A stretch of DNA of 6,167 nucleotides from an uncultured Erysipelotrichaceae bacterium (lineage in GTDB: Bacteria; Bacillota_I; Bacilli_A; Erysipelotrichales; Erysipelotrichaceae): positions 1 to 6,167 of the forward strand of contig CAYWGS010000090.1 in the NCBI GenBank assembly GCA_964457525.1, read 5' to 3'. Below the pieces are notes generated by a model, which made no database searches, was not told the DNA's origin, and worked only from the letters and a program-made list of their open reading frames with translations. The number at the start of each line of letters is the position of its first letter. Position 1 is the stretch's first letter. A program made the translations under genes and the position numbers. This document shows positions 1 to 6,129 of the stretch, one piece after another.

Positions 1-20
1 ATTTCTTTTTCAAACTAAAT

Positions 21-35
21 GCAATAAGTTATTGC
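21..35. repeat. Perfect 15-bp palindrome GCAATAA-g-TTATTGC in the region upstream of the yneF-like gene. It could be an operator or a weak hairpin; function is unknown.
   Basis: Read directly: 7-bp arms with a 1-nt centre. As a hairpin it would be about 5 bp with a 5-nt loop, with only modest T-richness on either side (gtttaat downstream, atttagtttg on the other strand). It lies about 35 bp upstream of the putative -35. Confidence 0.3.
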
Positions 36-69
36 GTTTAATCTGCCATGTAACACTTCTTTTTTATTG

Positions 70-98
70 TTGAATATTATGTGAAAACAAGGTACACT
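70..98 (+). promoter_or_regulatory. Putative sigma-A-type promoter for the yneF-like gene: TTGAAT (70-75), 17-nt spacer, TACACT (93-98).
   Basis: The -35 matches TTGACA at 5/6 and the -10 matches TATAAT at 4/6, with a canonical 17-nt spacer. It is followed by the SD AAGGAAGG (107-114) and ATG at 122. Confidence 0.4.
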
Positions 99-121
99 AT
101 AGCAGTAAGGAAGGTTCGGTT

Positions 122-337
122 ATGGAATTTCTATCGTCAATTTTAAGTTTAATATTTGGTATTCTAATCGGTGGTGGTTTGGGTTTCTACTTTACTCGTA
201 AAAAGTTTATGAAGGAACTAAAAGAAAACCCACCTATTAATGAAAAAATGATTCGTGCTATGTACATGCAGATGGGTCGTAAACCTTCTGAAGCACAAAT
301 CAAACAAATTATGAAATCAATGGAGCAGTACAAATAA
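122..337 (+). CDS. yneF: Small membrane-anchored protein of the UPF0154 (YneF) family, function unknown.
   Basis: 71 aa. It has an N-terminal hydrophobic helix (ILSLIFGILIGGGLGFYF) followed by a basic stretch, then the family-typical segment ENPPINEKMIRAMYMQMGRKPSEAQIKQIMKSM (compare B. subtilis YneF-type NPPINE..M..MM.QMG.KPS). A strong SD AAGGAAGG sits 7 nt upstream of the ATG, and a hairpin terminator begins at the stop codon. Confidence 0.8.
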   Translation: MEFLSSILSLIFGILIGGGLGFYFTRKKFMKELKENPPINEKMIRAMYMQMGRKPSEAQIKQIMKSMEQYK

Positions 338-360
338 AAAAGGACGATTGTCCTTTTTTT
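336..360. terminator. Bidirectional intrinsic terminator shared by the convergent yneF-like and plsY genes.
   Basis: AAAAAAGGAC-GATT-GTCCTTTTTTT. The core stem is AGGAC/GTCCT (341-345 / 350-354) with a 4-nt loop, flanked by an A-tract (336-340) and a T-tract (354-360). A hairpin plus U-run therefore forms on both strands. The yneF TAA (335-337) and the plsY stop (359-361 on the minus strand) sit in the flanking tracts. The G+C stem is short, so strength is uncertain. Confidence 0.6.
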
Positions 361-967
361 ATAGCCATGTTACTTTTCGTTCAGTTTTGTTTATTAAGCG
401 TTTTATGTTTTCTCTATGGCGATAGATAATTAAGATATCGATTAAGATAAAGTTAAATGTTAAGAAGAAATCTTTTGTTACAAAATAAGCAATAAAGATG
501 GATGTTGTTGCGGCGATCATGGATGATAGGGAAACAATTTTAGTTAGTTTTAAGAGTAGAAAGAATAATGAAGCAGGAATGATAAATAACTCAATAATTT
601 TTGATTGTATAATTGCGACACCTAGAAGATAACCTGCAGCAGTTGAAACTGCTTTTCCACCTTTAAATTGAGCGAATATTGGGTAGCTATGTCCAATCGC
701 CGCAAATACGCCAGCGATTGCTGCATACTGTGGAGCAAATTGATATACAAGTAAGATGACTATTGTAGCTTTTAATGTATCAAAAGCTGTAACAGATATT
801 CCTGCTGCTTTTCCTAATACACGTCCTGCGTTTGATCCTCCTAGATTTCCACTACCTTTAGTTCTAATATCAGTGTTGTAGAAAACTTTACCAATGACTA
901 GTGCAAAAGGAATGGATCCAAATAAATAACCAAATATAACTGCTAAAATGAGATTTAGATCAATCAT
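359..967 (-). CDS. plsY: Glycerol-3-phosphate acyltransferase PlsY (acyl-phosphate dependent).
   Basis: 202 aa, polytopic and hydrophobic. PlsY signature motifs are present: N-terminal GYLFGSIPFA, GSGNLGGSNAGRVLGK (GSGNxGxTN-type), FDTLKA, GHSYPIFAQFKGGKAVSTAAG (GHxxPxF..FKGGKGVAT-type) and the C-terminal YRHRENIKRL. The SD AGAGAGG (revcomp of 974-980) lies 6 nt upstream of the ATG. Adjacency to parE-parC is a recurrent arrangement in Bacillota. Confidence 0.93.
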   Translation of the reverse strand: MIDLNLILAVIFGYLFGSIPFALVIGKVFYNTDIRTKGSGNLGGSNAGRVLGKAAGISVTAFDTLKATIVILLVYQFAPQYAAIAGVFAAIGHSYPIFAQFKGGKAVSTAAGYLLGVAIIQSKIIELFIIPASLFFLLLKLTKIVSLSSMIAATTSIFIAYFVTKDFFLTFNFILIDILIIYRHRENIKRLINKTERKVTWL

Positions 968-990
968 ATTTTACCTCTCTTTACTGACAT

Positions 991-999
991 ATTATATCA
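991..999 (-). promoter_or_regulatory. Putative plsY promoter with an extended -10 element, TGaTATAAT (minus strand).
   Basis: The reverse complement of 991-999 reads TGATATAAT, a perfect TATAAT with the TGn extension. It sits about 24 nt upstream of the plsY ATG (967) and ahead of the SD. No good -35 is present (ATGTAC region), which is tolerated by extended -10 promoters. Confidence 0.5.
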
Positions 1000-1018
1000 A
1001 ATGATTTTAACCTGTACA

Positions 1019-1047
1019 TTACAATGCGTTTTTACTTATTGTATAAT
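1019..1047 (+). promoter_or_regulatory. Putative parE-parC operon promoter: TTACAA (1019-1024), 17-nt spacer, TATAAT (1042-1047).
   Basis: The -10 hexamer is perfect, the -35 is weak (3/6) and the spacer is 17 nt. It lies about 25 nt upstream of the parE ATG, with the SD AGGAG (1061-1065) between them. It is back-to-back with the plsY promoter. Confidence 0.5.
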
Positions 1048-1072
1048 GATTAAGGTAGATAGGAGTTAGAGT

Positions 1073-2998
1073 ATGACAACAAGACAATACGATGAGCAAA
1101 GTATTCAAATCCTTGAGGGTTTGGATGCTGTTCGCAAGCGTCCTGGTATGTATATTGGATCAACAGATGGACGAGGACTACATCACTTAGTATGGGAAAT
1201 ATTGGACAATTCCATTGATGAAGCCATGAATGGTTTTGGTAAGAATATTCATATTACAATAGGTAAAGATAATAGTATCAAGATTGAAGATGAAGGTAGA
1301 GGTATGCCAGTTGGTATGCATTCTTCAGGAGTTTCTACATTACAAGTTATCTTTACCGTACTACATGCTGGAGGTAAGTTTTCATCTGAGAGTGGGTATA
1401 AGCGTTCTGGTGGGTTACATGGTGTAGGGGCATCGGTCGTTAATGCATTAAGTGAATGGTTAGAAGTAACGGTTGCCTATAATGGTAATCTTTATCGTAT
1501 GTCATTTTCGAATGGTGGTTCAAAGATATCCAAGTTAGAAAATCTAGGTAAGACAAACAAAACGGGAAGTACGGTTTGGTTTAAACCCGATGAAAAGATT
1601 TTTGGGAAAACAAGTTTTAATACAGAATTAATCAATGAAAGAGCTCAAGAAAGTGCGTTCTTATTAAAAGGCATTAAGCTTAGTGTCAAAGATGAAAAGA
1701 CGAATAATACTGAAGTTTTTCATTATGATAATGGGTTATATAATTTTATAGAATTTCTAAATGATGATCGAGTAACGATGCATGAACCGATTACTTTTGA
1801 AGGTGCTGTTGGTGAAATCGCAGTATCGTTTGCGCTTCAATATACCGATGATTATCAAGAAAATACGTATTCATTTGTTAACTTAGTTCGTACAACAGAT
1901 GGTGGTACACATGAAGTAGGTTATAAAACAGCTCTAACAAAAGTTATGAATGACTTTGCTCGTAAGATTGGTGTACTAAAAGATAAAGATAAGAACTTTG
2001 ATGGGAATGATGTTCGTGAAGGATGTACCTCTGTTTTATCGGTTAGTATTCCTGAAACATTATTACAGTTTGAAGGTCAAACAAAGAGCAAGTTAGGTAC
2101 TGTTGAAGCAAAAACAGCGGTTGAGAATTTTGTAAGCGAGAAGTTAAGTTACTTTTTAGAAGAACATCGTGAGTTAGCAAGTGTTATCTTGAAGAAAATA
2201 AGTCGTGCTTCACAAGCACGTGAAGCTGCTCGTAAGGCGCGTGAAGATGCACGTAAAGGAAAGAAGAATGGTAAATCTGAAAAGATATTGTCAGGGAAAC
2301 TTGCACCATGTCAGTCTAAGGATTATCGAAAAACGGAATTATTCTTAGTTGAAGGTGATTCTGCGGGTGGAAGTGCTAAGCAGGGTAGAGATTCAAAAGT
2401 TCAAGCAATCTTACCTTTAAGAGGAAAAGTATTAAATACTGAAAAAGCAAGTATGAGTGATATTGAGAAGAATGAAGAACTTAATACCATTATTCATGCT
2501 CTTGGTGCTGGTGTTGGTAGTGAGTTTGAAATTAAAGATATGAACTATAGTAAAGTCATCATAATGACTGATGCCGATACGGATGGTGCACATATTCAAG
2601 TCTTACTTTTAACATTCTTTTATCGTTATATGCGTCCTTTAATTGAAAATGGTTATGTTTATTTAGCTCAACCACCACTTTATCGTGTTAGTAAGGGTAA
2701 ACAATCGAAATATCTCTATTCTGATGATGAATTAAAGCAAATGATGCAAGAATGGGGTAAAGTTGAAATTCAACGTTATAAAGGATTAGGTGAAATGAAT
2801 GCGGATCAGTTATGGGAAACGACCATGGATCCAAGTAAGCGTAGTTTAATTCAATTAAATTTAGGTGATGCGTTGATTGCTCAACGAATTGTCTCTGTTT
2901 TAATGGGCGATAAAGCTGATTTAAGACGAGACTGGATTGAGAAACATGTCTCATTTACGTTAGAAGATAATTTTGCAAAGGAGTCTAACCATGGATAA
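1073..2998 (+). CDS. parE: DNA topoisomerase IV subunit B (ParE), a type IIA topoisomerase ATPase/TOPRIM subunit.
   Basis: 641 aa. GHKL ATPase motifs: EILDNSIDEA, EDEGRGMPV, GGLHGVGASVVNALS. Transducer motif QTKSKLG. TOPRIM motifs: LFLVEGDSAGGSAKQGRD, PLRGKVLN, IMTDADTDGAHI. The C-terminal YKGLGEM is also present. The ParE rather than GyrB call rests on four points: GSTDGRGLHH, which is ParE-like for Gram-positives; the size of about 640 aa; the plsY-parE-parC synteny; and the ParC-type partner. SD AGGAG lies 7 nt upstream of the ATG. Confidence 0.9.
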   Translation: MTTRQYDEQSIQILEGLDAVRKRPGMYIGSTDGRGLHHLVWEILDNSIDEAMNGFGKNIHITIGKDNSIKIEDEGRGMPVGMHSSGVSTLQVIFTVLHAGGKFSSESGYKRSGGLHGVGASVVNALSEWLEVTVAYNGNLYRMSFSNGGSKISKLENLGKTNKTGSTVWFKPDEKIFGKTSFNTELINERAQESAFLLKGIKLSVKDEKTNNTEVFHYDNGLYNFIEFLNDDRVTMHEPITFEGAVGEIAVSFALQYTDDYQENTYSFVNLVRTTDGGTHEVGYKTALTKVMNDFARKIGVLKDKDKNFDGNDVREGCTSVLSVSIPETLLQFEGQTKSKLGTVEAKTAVENFVSEKLSYFLEEHRELASVILKKISRASQAREAARKAREDARKGKKNGKSEKILSGKLAPCQSKDYRKTELFLVEGDSAGGSAKQGRDSKVQAILPLRGKVLNTEKASMSDIEKNEELNTIIHALGAGVGSEFEIKDMNYSKVIIMTDADTDGAHIQVLLLTFFYRYMRPLIENGYVYLAQPPLYRVSKGKQSKYLYSDDELKQMMQEWGKVEIQRYKGLGEMNADQLWETTMDPSKRSLIQLNLGDALIAQRIVSVLMGDKADLRRDWIEKHVSFTLEDNFAKESNHG

Positions 2999-5492
2999 GA
3001 TTGAATTTAGCCATAATTCTCTTGAAAGTATTATGTCAGATCGTTTTGGTCGATATTCAAAATACATCATTCAAGAGCGTGCCTTACCCGATGTTAGAGA
3101 TGGTTTAAAGCCTGTTCAGAGAAGAATTTTATATGCGATGTATGCGGATGGGAATGTTCCAGAAAAACCATATCGTAAGTCTGCTAAGACTGTTGGATTG
3201 GTTATTGGTAATTATCATCCACATGGAGATATTAGTGTCTATGAGGCTATGGTTCGCTTAAGTCAAACCTGGAAAATGAATATTCCTTTAGTTGATATGC
3301 AAGGGAATAATGGTTCTATTGATGATGATCCAGCTGCCGCAATGCGTTATACTGAAGCTCGTTTATCTTCATTTGGTCATTTCTTATTAAAAGATATAGA
3401 TCAAAATACGGTTAACTTTACACCAAACTTTGATGATACAAGTTCTGAACCATCCGTACTACCTGGACTCGTTCCTCAATTACTTGTGAATGGTGCTACA
3501 GGGATTGCGGCAGGTTATGCGACAAATATCCCGCCGCATAATTTGAAGGAAGTCATTGAAGCATGTATCTATCGATTAAATAATCCGAATTCATCTGTTA
3601 ATGATATTCTTGAAATTATGAAAGGCCCGGATTTCCCAACTGGTGGTATTGTTCAAGGTAAGAAGGGTATTCTAGATGCATTCTCTACGGGTAAAGGAAG
3701 AGTAGTCATTCGAGCAAAGGCTGAGATTGTTCAAAATAAGAATATCCAACAAATCATTATTACGGAAATTCCATATGAAGTTATTAAGAGTAATCTTGTT
3801 AAAAAGATGGATGATATCCGTTTAGCGAAACAAATCGATGGAATTATCGATGTTCGTGATGAATCTGATCGTAATGGTTTAAGAATTGCGATTGATATTA
3901 AAAAAGAAAGTGATGCGAATTTAATTCTTAATTATCTTTATAAGAATACGGATTGCCAAGTTTTCTACAACTATAATATGGTTGCGATTGTCAATCAAAG
4001 ACCTGTTTTGTGTGGTGTTATTGACATGCTCGATGCATTTACCCAATTCAGAAAGGAAGTCATTTTAAGACGTTCCAAATTTCAATTGGATGAAATGGAA
4101 AAACGTTCACATATATTAGAGGGTTTAATTAAAGCAATTTCTGTTTTGGATGAAGTTATCCTAATTATTCGTTCATCAAAAGATAAAGCAGATGCGAAGA
4201 ATAATCTAATCGATCGTTTTACGTTCTCAAGTGATCAAGCAGAAGCGATTGTAAGTCTTCGTTTATATCGTTTAACCAATACGGATATTATTGAAATCAA
4301 GGATGAATTAGCTGAATTAAGTGTTGAAATACAACGACTTAAAGGAATTCTTTCAAATGAAACATTGCTTAATAATGTATTCATCAAAGAACTCCAAGAA
4401 GTTGTTAAGTTATTCAATACTGAACGTCGATCTAAGATTGAAAGTGAAGTAGAAGAAATTGTTATTAATAAGATGAGCATGATTCCTAACGAGAAAACTG
4501 TAATTACTGTTAGTCGTGATGGATACATTAAACGTGTTTCACTTAGATCCTATCAATCAAGTGAAGGAGTTATCCCAGCATTAAAAGATGGAGATGAACT
4601 GATTGGTATTTCAGAGGCTGAGACATATGATAATCTTCTCCTATTTAATGACAATGGATCATACGCGATTATTCCACTTTATACGCTCGATGAGATGAAG
4701 TGGAAAGATTTAGGTAATCATTATGGCCATTATGTAAAAACTGAAGATCATACAAAACTTATATCTGCGATACTTGTTAAATCATTTAATACCGATGCTT
4801 ATATTGTTAGTGTTACAGAAAAAGGATTTATTAAGAAGTCGATGATTAAGGATTATCAAGTCACTCGAACATCAAAAACCTATGATGCGATGAATCTAAC
4901 AAAAAATGATAAGGTTGTATCAAACTTTGTGGCTTATTATGAAGATGATGTCATTATTTCAAGTGGTGAAGGTTATACGGTTCGTTATAAGTTTGATATG
5001 ATACCATGCACTCAACCTAAATCCAAAGGGGTAAAGGCAATGAACTTACAGACATCAGACTCAATTGCCTATGCATGTACCATCAACCAACAATCCAATG
5101 TTTTGTTTATGACAGAAACGAACTTAATGAAACGTATTAAACAAACTGAAATTAATTTATTTAATCGTCCTGCTAAAGGTGAATTAATTGCGAAGAAGGT
5201 TAAATCCAATCCACAAAAGATAAATTTTGTTCAAGCAGTACAAATCTATGATGATATTCGTTTAACACATGATTCTAATAGTTGGATTCAAGCGAAAGAT
5301 GTTCCTTTGATGGATAAAACACAAACATTTAGCCAAGTCTTAGATCCTAAGAAGAACTATTATTGTGTGAAAACAATTGAAGAAGTTAGAATTGTTGATT
5401 TTAGAGAAGAAATAAAAAAAGATCCAGATAATCTAGATCTTGAAGAATCAGAACAACATGGAGACGTTGAGTTTATTCACTTTGATTTGTAA
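2991..5492 (+). CDS. parC: DNA topoisomerase IV subunit A (ParC); start re-assigned to ATG 2991.
   Basis: Type IIA A-subunit motifs are present: RALPDVRDGLKPVQRRILYAM, YHPHGDISVYEAMVRLSQTWK (the SQxWK form is typical of Gram-positive ParC, not GyrA) and AAAMRYTEARLS, with the catalytic Tyr codon at 3348-3350. GPDFPTGG is also present. The C-terminal pinwheel begins at SRDGYIKRVSL and has no GyrA box (QRRGGKG), which supports ParC. ATG 2991 is preceded by AAGGAG (2978-2983) at 7-nt spacing and overlaps the parE stop (ATGGATAA). The ORF-track TTG at 2973 has no SD. The product is 833 aa from ATG 2991. Confidence 0.92.
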   Translation: MDKIEFSHNSLESIMSDRFGRYSKYIIQERALPDVRDGLKPVQRRILYAMYADGNVPEKPYRKSAKTVGLVIGNYHPHGDISVYEAMVRLSQTWKMNIPLVDMQGNNGSIDDDPAAAMRYTEARLSSFGHFLLKDIDQNTVNFTPNFDDTSSEPSVLPGLVPQLLVNGATGIAAGYATNIPPHNLKEVIEACIYRLNNPNSSVNDILEIMKGPDFPTGGIVQGKKGILDAFSTGKGRVVIRAKAEIVQNKNIQQIIITEIPYEVIKSNLVKKMDDIRLAKQIDGIIDVRDESDRNGLRIAIDIKKESDANLILNYLYKNTDCQVFYNYNMVAIVNQRPVLCGVIDMLDAFTQFRKEVILRRSKFQLDEMEKRSHILEGLIKAISVLDEVILIIRSSKDKADAKNNLIDRFTFSSDQAEAIVSLRLYRLTNTDIIEIKDELAELSVEIQRLKGILSNETLLNNVFIKELQEVVKLFNTERRSKIESEVEEIVINKMSMIPNEKTVITVSRDGYIKRVSLRSYQSSEGVIPALKDGDELIGISEAETYDNLLLFNDNGSYAIIPLYTLDEMKWKDLGNHYGHYVKTEDHTKLISAILVKSFNTDAYIVSVTEKGFIKKSMIKDYQVTRTSKTYDAMNLTKNDKVVSNFVAYYEDDVIISSGEGYTVRYKFDMIPCTQPKSKGVKAMNLQTSDSIAYACTINQQSNVLFMTETNLMKRIKQTEINLFNRPAKGELIAKKVKSNPQKINFVQAVQIYDDIRLTHDSNSWIQAKDVPLMDKTQTFSQVLDPKKNYYCVKTIEEVRIVDFREEIKKDPDNLDLEESEQHGDVEFIHFDL
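5411..5441 (-). terminator. Candidate strand-specific intrinsic terminator for the HAD-like gene, embedded in the parC 3' coding sequence.
   Basis: The minus-strand RNA reads AAGAUCUAGA-UUA-UCUGGAUCUU (revcomp of 5419-5441). This is a 10-bp stem including one G.U wobble, with a 3-nt loop, followed by UUUUUAUUUCUU (revcomp of 5407-5418). It starts about 30 nt downstream of the HAD-like stop (5473). On the plus strand the wobble becomes a C/A mismatch and no U-tract follows, so parC read-through is expected. The stem is AU-rich, so strength is uncertain. Confidence 0.45.
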
Positions 5493-6129
5493 GATTTAAA
5501 ACATAGTGATGTAATTCATGACTTTGTTTAAAATGAGCATAGGCAAACTTCTTAATTGTTGTGTTTGCTTCAGTAAATTGGGCTAGAAATAGCCCTTTTG
5601 TATTGGCTAGGTAAGCAGCTTGTATACCATTTAGTGTAGAATCAATGACTGTTAATAGATTTGCTTTAATGTTTAATAAGCGAGCTACCTTTAAATAAAC
5701 GTCACCTTCGGGTTTTGCATTAAGAACTTGTTTTGTACTAATAAGATGATCAACAGGAAGCGGGAAATGTAACATTTCAAGTAAATCTCTCATTCTTTCA
5801 ACTTTGAGATTTGTGCAATATATGATTCGATATATTTTATTCCATTCTAAGAGATAGTTAAGATGCTCCTGGTTTACTTCAATCTTCATTTCATCAATCA
5901 TACGATTAAATTCAGTTTCTACTTCGGCAAAATGAGATGCGATTTTTGGATATTCTCTTCCTAATTTTTCCTTCTTCTCTAAATGTGCATCATAGTAAGC
6001 CATACGGAATTCATCGCTAATTTCTACTTGGTACGTTGTTTCAATTTTGTCCCATATTAAATCTTTAATGTTGTAAAGATTGAATATGAAATCATCTAAG
6101 GTAATAATTAGTGTTTTTTCTAGAGTCAT
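5473..6129 (-). CDS. HAD superfamily subfamily IA-like protein (phosphoglycolate phosphatase / beta-phosphoglucomutase-like fold) with a non-canonical motif I.
   Basis: 218 aa. Motifs II-IV are in canonical order and spacing: IIYCTN (motif II Thr), AKPEGDVYLKVARLLNI (motif III Lys; compare KPxPdxxLxxaxxLGv) and LTVIDSTLNGIQAAYLAN (motif IV; compare vGDSxNDIqAAkaAG / EDSxxGixAA). The 80-residue helical segment between motif I and motif II fits a C1 cap. Motif I reads LIITLDDFIFN instead of hhhhDxDGTL. No obvious SD lies upstream of the ATG (GGCAGAATAATTTC-ATG). A possible TAAAAT -10 (revcomp of 6145-6150) sits only about 15 nt upstream, so the leader may be very short. Confidence 0.75.
   Translation of the reverse strand: MTLEKTLIITLDDFIFNLYNIKDLIWDKIETTYQVEISDEFRMAYYDAHLEKKEKLGREYPKIASHFAEVETEFNRMIDEMKIEVNQEHLNYLLEWNKIYRIIYCTNLKVERMRDLLEMLHFPLPVDHLISTKQVLNAKPEGDVYLKVARLLNIKANLLTVIDSTLNGIQAAYLANTKGLFLAQFTEANTTIKKFAYAHFKQSHELHHYVLNLTNQSE
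5580..5604 (+). terminator. Candidate intrinsic terminator of the parE-parC operon, embedded in the coding sequence of the convergent HAD-like gene.
   Basis: GGGCTA-GAAA-TAGCCC (5580-5595): a 6-bp stem with 4 G:C pairs and a GNRA tetraloop, immediately followed by TTTTGTATT (5596-5604). It lies 88 nt downstream of the parC stop. On the minus strand the hairpin is followed by AATTTACTG, not a U-tract, so it should act on one strand only. It is encoded through the codons AAA GGG CTA TTT CTA GCC (KGLFLA) of the HAD-like gene, which are atypical choices for this AT-rich sequence. Confidence 0.5.

Noticed and set aside
2688-2954. 88-aa ORF on the minus strand inside parE
   Set aside because: It is fully antisense to a strongly conserved part of parE (TOPRIM and C-terminal region). 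It has no SD or promoter, and its composition is low-complexity Leu/Ser/His/Gln with no recognisable motif. It is most simply a shadow ORF of the parE frame.
2973-2990. TTG start for parC as given in the ORF track (839 aa)
   Set aside because: No Shine-Dalgarno sequence precedes it. The downstream ATG at 2991 has AAGGAG at 7-nt spacing and the classic overlap with the parE stop. The extra MQRSLT residues are not part of the conserved ParC N-terminus.
4235-4528. 97-aa ORF on the minus strand inside parC
   Set aside because: It is antisense to a Glu/Asp/Lys/Ile-rich stretch of parC, which yields a Ser/Leu/Ile-rich translation typical of shadow ORFs. It has no translation signals and no recognisable domain.
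1073-5492. Alternative reading of the gene pair as gyrB-gyrA (DNA gyrase)
   Set aside because: The A subunit lacks the GyrA box (QRRGGKG) after the GYIKR strand. It also has the ParC-type SQTWK and EARLS motifs rather than the GyrA-type AQDF and EARM. The B subunit has the ParE-like STDGRGLHH. The pair sits next to plsY, as topo IV genes do in other Bacillota, and not near the dnaA-dnaN-recF origin context.
5542-5569. Inverted repeat GGCAAAC ... GTTTGCT just downstream of the parC stop, considered as a possible terminator
   Set aside because: It has a 14-nt loop and an A/U-rich stem that includes a G.U pair, and no U-tract follows (ttcagtaaatt). It is much less convincing than the GGGCTA-GAAA-TAGCCC hairpin plus T-tract 11 nt further on.
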